Source: Candidatus Latescibacterota bacterium
GTDB lineage: Bacteria; Latescibacterota; UBA2968; GCA-2709665
Length of the DNA: 64,000 nucleotides
Assembly (NCBI GenBank): GCA_965237675.1
Contig: OZ250150.1
Span: forward strand, 3,904,001 to 3,968,000
Direction: 5' to 3'
The notes under the pieces are model-generated. The model was not told where the DNA came from. It saw only the letters and a program-made list of their open reading frames with translations, and did no database searches. A program made the translations under genes and the position numbers. Below are positions 1 to 10,029 of this stretch, piece by piece (positions within the stretch are counted from its first letter, which is position 1; each line of letters begins with the position of its first letter).

Positions 1-778
1 GGATGGTGCGTTCGATGTGCTGGATGCGCTCCTCACCGTCTATCTGATCCTGGACATGGCCAACGACGCCAGCCAGTATGAACGCCGCGCTTCGGATTTG
101 AATCGGGATGGACTGGTCGACATTCTGGATCTGGCTCTGTTGATTCGAAAAATACTGGGTGTTCCGGACGGCGGGGCGAAAACCGCGGTGGTCAGCGTTG
201 CCACGTGGCGATGGGACGGCGAAAGCCTGAGTATCCAGGCCACGTCCCGACTCGCTGCGATTCAGGTTACATTTGACGGTTACGTTGAGAGCGTGAAATC
301 GCCCGTGGGCGCGAAAGCGGTGGTTTCGCATTCCCGCCCGGGTCAAACACGCGTAATTGTCTTCCCGGTTTCACCGGACGGGCTGGATGGCGGCGACACG
401 GGTCTGCGGCTGGTTCCCAAGGGAAGGCCTGGAACGGTTGCCGAAATTGCGGCCACGGATATGAGGGGCCGGCCGGTTGCGTTTGACTCCGGAGGGACCG
501 AACGGTTTGGTTTGGAGCAGAACTTCCCCAATCCGTTCAATGCGTCCACGATACTGGTGTACAATCTCCCCCGACGGGACTATACACAGCTGCGGATCTT
601 CTCGGTTCTGGGGCAGGAGGTTGCAAGGCCGGTCGACGGTCCGGTCGAGGCGGGTACCCACCGAATTATGTGGGACGGCCTCGATGCGGAGGGACGGCCA
701 GCCGGCAGTGGAATCTACCTGGGGTATCTGGTGGCTGGCAGACAGCGGTCCGTTATCAAGATGGTGTTGTTGAGGTAA
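1..778 (+). CDS. 5'-truncated secreted protein: dockerin-like repeat pair plus C-terminal FlgD-Ig/T9SS type A-like sorting domain
   Basis: Frame is open from position 2. Dockerin Ca-binding repeats DGAFDVLDALL and DLNRDGLVDILDLALL; tail QNFPNPFNAST...WDGLDAEGRPAGSGIY...KMVLLR. Confidence 0.8.
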   Translation, partial: DGAFDVLDALLTVYLILDMANDASQYERRASDLNRDGLVDILDLALLIRKILGVPDGGAKTAVVSVATWRWDGESLSIQATSRLAAIQVTFDGYVESVKSPVGAKAVVSHSRPGQTRVIVFPVSPDGLDGGDTGLRLVPKGRPGTVAEIAATDMRGRPVAFDSGGTERFGLEQNFPNPFNASTILVYNLPRRDYTQLRIFSVLGQEVARPVDGPVEAGTHRIMWDGLDAEGRPAGSGIYLGYLVAGRQRSVIKMVLLR

Positions 779-888
779 AGCAATCGTTTTGAGATTGACA
801 GCCGCTGTTCGGCAGGCATCGGAAGACGTCAATTCCTTACACCTTGTTTCCGGGCACGTTCCAAATCGACATTCGAGGGTATCATTAC

Positions 889-3800
889 ATGCGTCGTAGC
901 ATACACACAATACACACATTGGCCATCCTGCTGATGCTGGACCGGCCGCCGGCCGGTTACTGCACCCCCGCCGACACGCTGAGGGCGGTCGGAACAACTG
1001 TCCTGGCCGCGGACACGGCGGGCGTTGAGGTTATCTTGAAAAATGCGCATAGAGTAGGTGGTGCGTCGTGGACCCTGCAGTACGATTCTTCCGCCATGGC
1101 CGTGGTCGGGGTCGGGAAAACGGAGCGTTCCGCAGACATGGAGATCTATACGCACGCGGCAGGGGATTCGGTAAAGACGTTGATCCTGGATCCTTCAAGG
1201 GGGCGGGCGATCACGCCTGGCGAGGGAGCCGTAGCCCGCTTGCGGTTGCTGATTCTTGATGCCGCCTCAGACGGCGTCTACCCTCTGGTGTTTCGCACGG
1301 TGGATCTTGTGAATGCGGCCCAGCCGCCGGAGCGGCTAGAAGCGGTAGGGCTGGACGGACACGTTCGGATTGCGTCCCAGTTTCTATCCGTCGGGGCAAC
1401 CAGCGGGTCTCCCGGCGACACCGTGGCCGTGCCTCTCAAGCTGCACAATAAGGCCGTTGTCGCGGGCATTCAGGCTGTTCTGACCTGGCCTAAAAACGCG
1501 CTGAGCTTCGTGAAGGTGTTGCCTGGAAAGCGAATTGACCAGTGGGATCTGTGGGCGGTAGCCAGAATCGAGGGAGGCGTCAGGCTTCTAGGCGTGGATC
1601 TGGACGGAACGCAGTTAATACCGCCGGGTGACGGCACCATTGCCCTCCTGAATCTGGCCGTCCCCGAATTCTCAACCGGTAGCGCAATATCCATTTCTGT
1701 TGACAGTTTAAGGTTGGCGGATCCGGAGGGAGTTGCCCTGTCTGCGGCCTTGGCAAGCGGCGAGATCACTATTTCATCGCGCGTGAATCGATCCCCTCAA
1801 CTGGCTCTGCCTGAGTATATTACGATGGACGAAGATTCGATGTTTCTCTGGCGGATACCGGCTTCCGATCCGGACGGAGACCAGCTTCTATTCGAAACTG
1901 AAAACCTTCCTGGATGGCTCTCGCTCGACGCCCATACCGGCGAATTCAGCGGCATACCCTTGGACAGGGATGTCGGCGTTTATATGGTCGGTCTCCGGGT
2001 TTCCGACGGTCATTTCAGTGTCCCGGACACCATGCGGCTTGAAGTCTACAATCTTCCGCCTCAGATTCTGGGCACGCCCGAACGCACGGCCCGTGTGGAA
2101 GCGGTTTACCGTTATGCGCCGCGGGTGCGAAACCTCGATGGAGGCGTTGTTCGCATTGAGCCGGATGATATGGGCATTTTGTGGGATGCGGCGTCCGGCC
2201 TCGTAATTTGGCGGCCCGAGAAATCGGGCGATATTCGCCTGCGCATGATCGCCGTGGATCCGAACGGCGGAGAGGCAGTCCAGGAATTCACCGTAACGGT
2301 TGTGGACCGCGCCAGGGTGGTGATCGACGAGGTGTTGGCGGATCCGGCTTCAGGTCCTCTTGGCGATGCCAACCGCGACGGGGTTAGAGACGGCAAGGCG
2401 GATGAGTTCGTGGAGATATGGAATCCTGATTCGACACCGGTCGCAATAGGCGGATGGTGGCTCAGCGACGACGATGCCGGACCGAGAGGCCGGTTTCATT
2501 TTCCGGACGGGTTCGTACTGGAACCCGGTGCACGCGCGGTCCTTTTTGGCGGCGGCGCGCCCTCAGGTATTCCGGAACCCTTTTTTGTGGACGACGGCAG
2601 TATCGGTAACGGTTTAACCAACGGCGGTGACTTCGTGTTGCTGGTCGATCCGGTCTTCGAAGATACGGTGGCAGTCGCCGACTTCCGGGTAAAGGGCGAC
2701 CTGAACCGGTCGGTCGTGAGGCTTGCCGAGGGCATCTACGTTCCGCATCCCGATTTACCGGATGGTGGCGTCATATCGCCTGGCGGGTCTCATCCGAAGC
2801 CTGCGGTGGCGGAGGATCCGGAGAAATCTCCTCCGCCGGTATTTCTGGATGAACCCCCATCGTGGTGCCGCGTCGGTGCGCTCTGTCGGTTCGTGCCCAA
2901 GGTTCGCAATCTGAACGGCGGGTTCGTGCACCTGGAGACCCGCGTGCATGGTGTCGCGTGGGACCGTGCCACTGGTGAGATTCTGTGGAGGCCCGATAAG
3001 GAAGGGCGTTTTCGTTTCTGGCAGACTGCAGTCAGTGGCGCGGGAGAGAAGACCGTCAGGCAGTTTGACGTTTGGGTCGAGCCCCGCCCACAAATTGCAA
3101 TTGTTGAAATTCTGGCAGACCCTCCGCCCGGCGTGAACGGAGACGTGAATGGAGACGGAACGCGAGACAGCCAGGCGGACGAATTCGTGGAGATCTTGAA
3201 TGAAGGGCCGGATGCAGTCTGGCTTACGGATTGGCGGCTGAGCGACGATGATGTATCGGCCCGCCGGCAGTTTCGGTTTCCCGATTTCACCCGGCTCCAT
3301 CCTGGGGAACGTGCCGTGCTGTTTGGAGGGGGACGGCCCGAGGGGATCAAGGGTCAGGTATTCGTGGATGACGGCAGAATCGGTAATGGGTTGACCAACA
3401 AGTCCGATGTGATTCTGCTGATCGACCCCGTTCTGAACGATACGCTCGCCCGCGCATCCTATCGCATCGAGGAGGACATTGATCAGTCCCTGGTGTGGGA
3501 CGGCACGGCCTGGATCCCGCATCAGACGCCGCCGGGGCGAGGCGTCTTTTCGCCTGGACTGCCGCGGGAGATGGGTACCGTCATCGAGGCAAAGGGACCG
3601 GTTGCCGATGATGCCTCGCCGAATGAGGGTAGCGGACAGTCCCGTCATCCTCCAGGATCCGTCCCGGCAGGTGTGATTATCAGTGAGATCCTTGCGGATC
3701 CCGCCGCCGATACCAGCGGCGATGCCAACGGTGATGGCAAACGCCATGCATTCGAGGATGAGTTCGTGGAACTGCGGAATGCAGGACCGGACACGGCTCG

Positions 3801-5760
3801 TCTCGATGGGTGCAGGCTGGGAGATGACGACACGCCCTTGGACCGTCTTTTTGGCTTTCCCTCCGGTACGATGCTTCCGCCAGGCGGGTTTCTGGTCCTG
3901 TTTGGTGGCGGTTCGACGACGGATTTCCCCGGGAGCGCGTTTGCGGATGATGGCCGCATCGGAGACGGGCTCTCGAATGCCGGCGACACCGTCATTTTCC
4001 TATCGCCCGATGGCGGGGATACGCTCGATATCACGACCTTTGACAAAGCGTTCGAAGGATCCTCGCTCGTCCGCCGTGAGGATGGCACGCTGCAACGGCA
4101 TGATCTTCTGCCGTTCAAGGGAATGTTCTCGCCAGGCCGCGCGGCGCCGCAGCTCGTCGCTATCCGCATCGTCCCGGACACGTTAGTCATGGAAACTGGA
4201 TCCAGTCGCGCCGTCACTGCGGAGGGCATTTTCGATTCGGAATCCGTGTCGGATGTCACGGACAACGTGGAATGGACGGTTGAGGACGCCTCCGTCGCGC
4301 AACTTGGCCCGGAGTTCATGCTGCGAGGGGTCGCGCCAGGTGAGACCGCGGTGAACGCGCGTTTTGGGCGTCTTACGTCGAACGCCTTCGTACGGGTGTT
4401 TTCTGAGGCGAAGGATGCAACCGGTGATTCAGGCACGGTTGCCCCCGACAACACCGGCAATTCGAACCCTCCATCCAACCTCCCGCCGGTATTCCTCTCA
4501 CACCCCGACACGCTGGCGATCGCGGGTCTGAAGTACGTTTACCGGCCGAAGGCGGAAGATCCCGAGGGTGGGCCTGTCGTATTTATGGCGTTGCGGATTC
4601 CAACGTGGCTGCGATGGATGGAGACCTATCTGGAAGGCTTACCGGAAGAGACCGGTTACTGGCCGGTTGTCATCGCGGCTGGGGACGGCGCCGACACGAC
4701 TGAACAGGCGTTCACGATCCGCGTTGTCCGACCTGGAGTTCCTGCGGCAAACCGACCGGACAGCGTTGCCTACGTTGGCGTTACATGGCGGATGCCGCTG
4801 GATATCAGTGACGGAATTCAGACCCAGGTGGAGGGCGGACCTGTTGTGGAAGCCTCTGGCGAGTCTCTGGTGTGGCGCCCGCAGGCGGGCGACGAAGGCG
4901 AACGGGAGATTTCGGTCTCGATGAGTGGAAACGGTGTCGAAAGCGTGGTGTTGACATTCAGGATCACGGTCTGGCCTCGGCCGCTGATTCGCGTCGAAGA
5001 AATCCTGGTCGATGCGATCGCTGATTTGAACGGGAATGGGACTCTGGACCCATACGGTGATCAATTCATCGAGTTGCTCAATGCCGTCGAGCACGCGGTG
5101 GAACTGTCCGGCTGGACGCTCGGTGATGACGACGGAGATCCATTTCAATTCCCGAATGGTACGGTTCTGAATGGTGGAGATCGATTAACCCTGGTTGGAG
5201 ACGGACAGAGCAGGGAGCGGGAAGGCCGGTTCTCCGCTGGCGGCCGGATCGGTAACGGACTGGCTGCCGCGGATCGGATACTATTGATCGCACCGGCGGG
5301 CCCCGATACGTTGATCGATACACGTTACTCCAACGGTAAGGTTGGCGCCTCTCTGGTGCCCGACCCGCAGCATCCGGGGAGCTGGTTGCCCCATAGCCAG
5401 GTTTCGAACCTGCCCTTTTCACCCGGATTGGCGACACCGGTTGCGGACACCAGCATCTCTGCGACCACCGGGCAGCCACCCAATGCGGTCGAAACCCACC
5501 CGGTACACCCATTTCCAAATCCGTTCAATGTGCACACCACCATTGGTTTTCTAAGCACAGGCGATCGGGCGGAACTCACCGTGTACAATATACTCGGGCA
5601 ACCCGTACGGCGTCTTGGGGTCGCAGCGCAGGCGGGGCTCCATCAATTCGTGTGGGATGGACGCGACGATCTGGGACGATCGGTAGGAACCGGCATATAT
5701 CTCATTCGCTTTCAAAACGGATTGAGCGTCCGCACGATGCGGGTGGTTCTGGTCAAATAA
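889..5760 (+). CDS. Large secreted modular protein: two cohesin-like domains, cadherin/Ig-like repeats, four lamin-tail-like domains, a Big_2-like domain and an FlgD-Ig/T9SS-like tail
   Basis: ATG 889 follows GAGGG and a signal-peptide-like N-terminus. Cohesin-like SGSPGDTVAVPLKL/VAGIQAVL; cadherin-like ASDPDGDQL/AEDPEGGPV; four repeats of EILADP..GD.NGDG.RD..DEFVE..N...GW.L.DDD; tail PFPNPFN...WDGRDDLG..VGTGIY...RVVLVK. Confidence 0.85.
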   Translation: MRRSIHTIHTLAILLMLDRPPAGYCTPADTLRAVGTTVLAADTAGVEVILKNAHRVGGASWTLQYDSSAMAVVGVGKTERSADMEIYTHAAGDSVKTLILDPSRGRAITPGEGAVARLRLLILDAASDGVYPLVFRTVDLVNAAQPPERLEAVGLDGHVRIASQFLSVGATSGSPGDTVAVPLKLHNKAVVAGIQAVLTWPKNALSFVKVLPGKRIDQWDLWAVARIEGGVRLLGVDLDGTQLIPPGDGTIALLNLAVPEFSTGSAISISVDSLRLADPEGVALSAALASGEITISSRVNRSPQLALPEYITMDEDSMFLWRIPASDPDGDQLLFETENLPGWLSLDAHTGEFSGIPLDRDVGVYMVGLRVSDGHFSVPDTMRLEVYNLPPQILGTPERTARVEAVYRYAPRVRNLDGGVVRIEPDDMGILWDAASGLVIWRPEKSGDIRLRMIAVDPNGGEAVQEFTVTVVDRARVVIDEVLADPASGPLGDANRDGVRDGKADEFVEIWNPDSTPVAIGGWWLSDDDAGPRGRFHFPDGFVLEPGARAVLFGGGAPSGIPEPFFVDDGSIGNGLTNGGDFVLLVDPVFEDTVAVADFRVKGDLNRSVVRLAEGIYVPHPDLPDGGVISPGGSHPKPAVAEDPEKSPPPVFLDEPPSWCRVGALCRFVPKVRNLNGGFVHLETRVHGVAWDRATGEILWRPDKEGRFRFWQTAVSGAGEKTVRQFDVWVEPRPQIAIVEILADPPPGVNGDVNGDGTRDSQADEFVEILNEGPDAVWLTDWRLSDDDVSARRQFRFPDFTRLHPGERAVLFGGGRPEGIKGQVFVDDGRIGNGLTNKSDVILLIDPVLNDTLARASYRIEEDIDQSLVWDGTAWIPHQTPPGRGVFSPGLPREMGTVIEAKGPVADDASPNEGSGQSRHPPGSVPAGVIISEILADPAADTSGDANGDGKRHAFEDEFVELRNAGPDTARLDGCRLGDDDTPLDRLFGFPSGTMLPPGGFLVLFGGGSTTDFPGSAFADDGRIGDGLSNAGDTVIFLSPDGGDTLDITTFDKAFEGSSLVRREDGTLQRHDLLPFKGMFSPGRAAPQLVAIRIVPDTLVMETGSSRAVTAEGIFDSESVSDVTDNVEWTVEDASVAQLGPEFMLRGVAPGETAVNARFGRLTSNAFVRVFSEAKDATGDSGTVAPDNTGNSNPPSNLPPVFLSHPDTLAIAGLKYVYRPKAEDPEGGPVVFMALRIPTWLRWMETYLEGLPEETGYWPVVIAAGDGADTTEQAFTIRVVRPGVPAANRPDSVAYVGVTWRMPLDISDGIQTQVEGGPVVEASGESLVWRPQAGDEGEREISVSMSGNGVESVVLTFRITVWPRPLIRVEEILVDAIADLNGNGTLDPYGDQFIELLNAVEHAVELSGWTLGDDDGDPFQFPNGTVLNGGDRLTLVGDGQSREREGRFSAGGRIGNGLAAADRILLIAPAGPDTLIDTRYSNGKVGASLVPDPQHPGSWLPHSQVSNLPFSPGLATPVADTSISATTGQPPNAVETHPVHPFPNPFNVHTTIGFLSTGDRAELTVYNILGQPVRRLGVAAQAGLHQFVWDGRDDLGRSVGTGIYLIRFQNGLSVRTMRVVLVK

Positions 5761-5952
5761 CCCGGCGAACGAACATCTGATGCCGCCGGCGTTTTTGAAC
5801 GTAACTCGCACAGCGCCGGAATGTCGATAAGCCCGGAATGCGGTGCCGGGCGGTAACCGGACTTTAAGTGGCGGTCGACAGTAATCGCCGTTAATCGTCA
5901 GCAACATCGTTGCGGTTAGATTAATAAAACATCAAGAAAGGGGGTGAAATTC

Positions 5953-6219
5953 ATGGCACAGCCCGAGATCACTTTCAGACACGGTTCCTGCAGCGCTTCC
6001 GTGTTTGAGAACGAATACAACCGCGGTTCGGATAGCTTTAACGTCCGTTCGGTTTCGTTTCAGAGAAGCTTCCGCGACAAGCAAGGGGAGTGGCAACGGT
6101 CCAGCACCCTGCGGGTGAACGACATTCCAAAGGCGATCCTGGTGCTTAACAAAGCGTATGAGTACCTGACGTCCAACGGCCAGGGCGAGGCGGAAGAGGA
6201 AACCGAAACGCGGGCTTAA
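5953..6219 (+). CDS. Small conserved hypothetical protein, possibly a PC4/YdbC-like nucleic-acid-binding fold
   Basis: RBS AAGGGGG precedes the ATG. Pattern ASVFEN...VSFQRSFRDKQGEW..SSTL..NDIPKAILVLNKAYEYL with an acidic tail. The fold is inferred. Confidence 0.65.
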   Translation: MAQPEITFRHGSCSASVFENEYNRGSDSFNVRSVSFQRSFRDKQGEWQRSSTLRVNDIPKAILVLNKAYEYLTSNGQGEAEEETETRA

Positions 6220-6371
6220 TAGGCGGGTTGACAGAATTGAGGGATAACCGGCGCTCCTGGCCGGTGTCCCTCTTTTGCATTTTGCTATTCTATATTGTTG
6301 TTTCCGATGCGGTTTGTTTGTATCTTCCAAGGATCGTTCGATTCGCGAATCTATGCAACAGGATCGTCCAC

Positions 6372-7292
6372 ATGGGTGATACGACGATAGATATCGAGCA
6401 GTCCTTGCGCCAACTGACCGGCGAATTGAAAAATTTCGAGGAAATTGCCAGACATATCAAACCGCCTTCGGGTGAAATTCCGGTGTTGAAGGGAATCGAC
6501 ATCTACGGAGAAACCATTCCCCTGAACGGCCTGATCGGCGGCGATCATATCATATACGTCGATTTCAAAAAACGGTACGATTTGGAGGCGCGTATACGGC
6601 AGGCGGAGAAAGAAGGTCGGGGGAGAGTAGCCGCAAACCTCAGGAGATGTCAGCGGATGGCCGGGATTGCCCTCGTGGATGTGTCAGGACACCAGATTAC
6701 GGACGCGATGCTGGCCGGTATGCTGCACGAGGCATTCTTGCTCGGCGCCATCTACGAAATGGACCAGTTTGGCACGATCACTGAGAAATTGTTCGAGAAT
6801 TTGAATACCCGGATATACAATTCCTCCAGTGTCAGCAAGTTTCTGACGATGATATATGGGGAAATCGGAGAAGACGACACGTTCAAATTTCTCTCCGCGG
6901 CACACCCGATGCCGATTGTATTTTCGAATATGCAAGATCGGATAATGGACATCAATGAGAATCTGTTTGTGAATTTCCCTCCCATCGGAACCTTACCCTC
7001 ACAGGTGGATATCGACCGGCAGGCGATCCAGAGTGTTCTGGGCTTCAAGAAAAAATACGAGATCAATGAGTGGACGCTGATGGGGCCGGGCGACATTCTG
7101 TTGCTTTATACGGACGGGCTGACGGACCACCGCCGTGGCGATCACGATTATTTCCCTGATCGGCTCGAGGGTGCGCTCCGCCGGGTCAAAGAGCTGCCGG
7201 CTCAGAAAATTTTCGAAGCCGTCAAAGCGGATCTGCTCGACTTTGGGAGACCCCTGGACGATATCAGTCTTGTCGTGATAAAAAGGACTTAG
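6372..7292 (+). CDS. PP2C/SpoIIE-family Ser/Thr phosphatase, no obvious sensor domain
   Basis: Motifs IGGDH, VDVSGH, KFLTMIYG, SAAHP, GDILLLYTDGLTD, DDISLVVIK. Start codon uncertain. Confidence 0.85.
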   Translation: MGDTTIDIEQSLRQLTGELKNFEEIARHIKPPSGEIPVLKGIDIYGETIPLNGLIGGDHIIYVDFKKRYDLEARIRQAEKEGRGRVAANLRRCQRMAGIALVDVSGHQITDAMLAGMLHEAFLLGAIYEMDQFGTITEKLFENLNTRIYNSSSVSKFLTMIYGEIGEDDTFKFLSAAHPMPIVFSNMQDRIMDINENLFVNFPPIGTLPSQVDIDRQAIQSVLGFKKKYEINEWTLMGPGDILLLYTDGLTDHRRGDHDYFPDRLEGALRRVKELPAQKIFEAVKADLLDFGRPLDDISLVVIKRT

Positions 7293-7370
7293 AAGGATAC
7301 GTACCCGCCGCGTACTGCGAACGAACCGGCCCGGGTCTTAAATATCCGTTATTTCGCAGGAGGCAAGGTT

Positions 7371-8780
7371 ATGAAGATGTTTGTCAATTCCCGCTGGATG
7401 GATAAAGACGACAAGGTCGAGGTGCTGAATCCATACGATGGTTCGGTGATCGATACGGTACCCCGGGCGGATGGCACGGACGTGCAGGCCGCCCTGGCGA
7501 CGGCAGTCAGGGGCGCTGAGGTGATGGCGGCAATGCCCGCCCACGAACGATACCGCATTCTGCATCGCGCCGCGGAGTTGATGGCGGAGCGCCAGGAGGA
7601 TTTCGGGCAGACCATATCCGCAGAAGAGGGAAAGGTTATCGCCGAGGGGCGCGGGGAGGCTGCTCGGGCCGTCGATACGATGACACTTTCGGGCGAAGAG
7701 GCCAAGCGGCTTTACGGTGAGACCATTCCGCTGGACGGTGCAACCGGCGCCGAGGGCAAGTTCGGCTTTACCGTGCGGGTGCCCTGTGGCGTCGTGGTTG
7801 CGATCACGCCCTTTAATTTTCCCCTGAATCTGGTCTGTCACAAAGTAGGGCCTGCTCTGGCGGCGGGAAATTCCGTCATTGTGAAGCCGGCCACAGACAC
7901 ACCGCTTTCCGCTATGAAATTGGTGGAGGTGCTACTCGACGCGGGCGCACCCGCCGAAGCCGTGCAGTGCATCACGGGGCCGGGGGGTGAGATCGGCGCC
8001 CTGTTGTCGTCTGATTCCAGGGTACGAAAGATCTCCTTCACAGGCAGCAGGGACGTCGGTGAACGGATTTGCAAAACCGCGGGGCTGAAGAAGGTGACAA
8101 TGGAACTGGGGTCCAATTCTCCGTTAATTGTGATGCCCGATGCCGATCTGGAGAAGGTGGCCGCCGCCACGGCTGCCACAGGGTTTGCAAATGCCGGTCA
8201 GGTTTGCATTTCGGCGCAGCGTGTGATGGTTAACAGGGAAGTGTATGAAGATTTCATTGACGTACTTAAGCCCCAGGTGGAGGCCCTGAAGACCGGCAAC
8301 CAATTGGATGAGTCCGTGTCCATGGGTCCAATGATCCGCGAAAAAGATGCGGAGCGGGTAAGCGCCTGGATACAGGAGGCCCGGGAGGGCGGTGCAAGGG
8401 TGATTGTGGGCGGGGGACGGGATGGGACATTGCATGCGCCCACGGTGGTTGCGGATGTTGATCCTAAGATGCGGATGTCGTGTGACGAACTCTTCGGTCC
8501 GGCCGTTGGATTGACCCGATTCGAAACGATCGAAGAGGCCATTGCCTTGGCCAACGACACAAACTACGGTTTGTCAGCCGCGTTGTTCACTGAAAATCTG
8601 GAGCACGCGATGCAATTTGTAAACCAGGTGCAATCGGGCAATATTATGGTAAACTGGGGTCCGCAATGGCGGGCAGACCTGATGCCATACGGAGGCCTGA
8701 AGGAAAGTGGGATGGGTAAAGAAGGACCGAAATACGCGGTGGAGGAAATGACAGAGTTGAAGATGGTGGTTTTCCATTGA
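7371..8780 (+). CDS. NAD(P)-dependent aldehyde dehydrogenase
   Basis: RBS AGGAGG; ITPFNFP, FTGS, catalytic MELGSN and GQVCIS, ELFGP, PYGGLKESG. Confidence 0.95.
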   Translation: MKMFVNSRWMDKDDKVEVLNPYDGSVIDTVPRADGTDVQAALATAVRGAEVMAAMPAHERYRILHRAAELMAERQEDFGQTISAEEGKVIAEGRGEAARAVDTMTLSGEEAKRLYGETIPLDGATGAEGKFGFTVRVPCGVVVAITPFNFPLNLVCHKVGPALAAGNSVIVKPATDTPLSAMKLVEVLLDAGAPAEAVQCITGPGGEIGALLSSDSRVRKISFTGSRDVGERICKTAGLKKVTMELGSNSPLIVMPDADLEKVAAATAATGFANAGQVCISAQRVMVNREVYEDFIDVLKPQVEALKTGNQLDESVSMGPMIREKDAERVSAWIQEAREGGARVIVGGGRDGTLHAPTVVADVDPKMRMSCDELFGPAVGLTRFETIEEAIALANDTNYGLSAALFTENLEHAMQFVNQVQSGNIMVNWGPQWRADLMPYGGLKESGMGKEGPKYAVEEMTELKMVVFH

Positions 8781-8952
8781 TCGCGGAGGGCGAGAAACCG
8801 CCGGGGAACACGAGGCGGCGTCACGGATCCGATAATCATGCCGTGGGAATGATCCGCGAAAACGTCGGCATCAAATGACAACAGCCGTCGCTCTTGGGCC
8901 GCCCTGCGTCAACTCCCCGTTTTCCCGATTCCAATCGTGTTTGTAACGCATT

Positions 8953-8988
8953 AAAAAAGCGGAGTGTCGACGTCGGCGCTCCGCTTTT
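8953..8988. terminator. Bidirectional intrinsic terminator between the convergent ALDH and HU/IHF genes
   Basis: AAAAAAGCGGAGTGTCG-ACGT-CGGCGCTCCGCTTTT: long stem with G-U pairs and A/T tracts on both sides. Confidence 0.8.
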
Positions 8989-9089
8989 GGCGTAAACATG
9001 AAGATGTTTCAGGTCGGTATCCTACCACGGGTCTCGACGTGAGGACCCCTCCGGCGACCGTACGCCTGCCGTGCCAAGCCCAGGTTCCG

Positions 9090-9419
9090 TTACTTAAGTA
9101 GCGGTTCGGATTCCTCCTGATCGGTTGGGTCGAGTGGCTGGTGGAGTGCTTTTTTGATGAGCACACCCGCTTTAAAGTAGCTTTTCTTCCGTGCGGGCAC
9201 ATAGACAATTTCACCGGTTCGGGGATTCCGTGCGGCGGGCTTGGGCTTGGTGTTTTTTACACCGAGCACACCAAAGCCACGAATTTCAATGCGGTCGCCG
9301 GAAATCAGGCTCTCGCGCATGGCCTTGAAAAGCGTGTCTACAACCTCATAGGCGAGCTGCTTCTTGACGCCCAGGCGTTCGGAGATTTCGAGCGCAAGAT
9401 CCTTCTTGGTTGTCGTCAT
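9090..9419 (-). CDS. HU/integration host factor family DNA-binding protein
   Basis: RBS GGGAGGAG; TKKDL, RIEIRGFG, ARNPRTGEIVYVPARK..YFKAG. Confidence 0.92.
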   Translation of the reverse strand: MTTTKKDLALEISERLGVKKQLAYEVVDTLFKAMRESLISGDRIEIRGFGVLGVKNTKPKPAARNPRTGEIVYVPARKKSYFKAGVLIKKALHQPLDPTDQEESEPLLK

Positions 9420-9664
9420 TTTCTCCTCCCGTTTGGCTTGCTCGATCAAGCCGAAATATAATATAGAGCCAAACTGCCGATTGCCGCAAGAAAAAAATTT
9501 ACTAGTAGTTACACGAATTTTCTCGAATCGTGATCCGGATTTCAAGAATTGGATTTTCTCATAATTGATTGTTTTTAAAAAACTTGCGGATAATTTCGTG
9601 TATATTATTGAATTTTAGACACTTACACGGATTGACGCTTGGTGTTTTCTCTGTCCAGGAAGCC

Positions 9665-9689
9665 GCACGGACACCAGGTCCGACCCTAC
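9665..9689 (-). repeat. Degenerate GTAG-type REP-like palindrome
   Basis: Minus strand GTAGGGT-CGGAC-CTGGT-GTCCG-TGC: GTAG tetranucleotide plus a short hairpin. Single copy in this window. Confidence 0.35.
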
Positions 9690-9921
9690 CCGTCACGCGA
9701 TGTGACGAATCCGCAGATGGATATTACGGGAAACCCGGGAGTCCATAACGCGACGGAAATTGCGTGGGCGACGCCGTTTCGGCGACTCGAATCTCAAGTG
9801 GAATAGGGGACGGGAATCTGGGAGGAAACGAGGAATAGATCGATGAAAATCGGCGAAACAGGACACCGCCACAACCGGAGCCGCTGGGTGCACGCCCTGT
9901 CCCGCCGCGGGTCGCAAGACC

Positions 9922-9941
9922 AAAACCCATCTGTGGATGGG
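9922..9941 (-). terminator. Possible intrinsic terminator downstream of the aminotransferase pseudogene
   Basis: Minus strand CCCATC-CACA-GATGGG-TTTT. Confidence 0.45.
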
Positions 9942-10029
9942 GGATGCGATTGAGACCTTCAATGTCGTCTTGTGAACCTATCCGAACAGGCGTCAGAGTC
10001 TATTCTCAGACAATGACGCCATTAGAAAC

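Noticed and set aside
2320-5140. Repeated nucleotide motifs suggesting a CRISPR array or tandem repeat
   Set aside because: They are diverged coding repeats of the lamin-tail domains. No identical repeat-spacer periodicity was seen anywhere in the window.
9676-9689. CGACCCTAC as another group II intron 3' end
   Set aside because: No domain V upstream; it is better explained as a REP-like palindrome.
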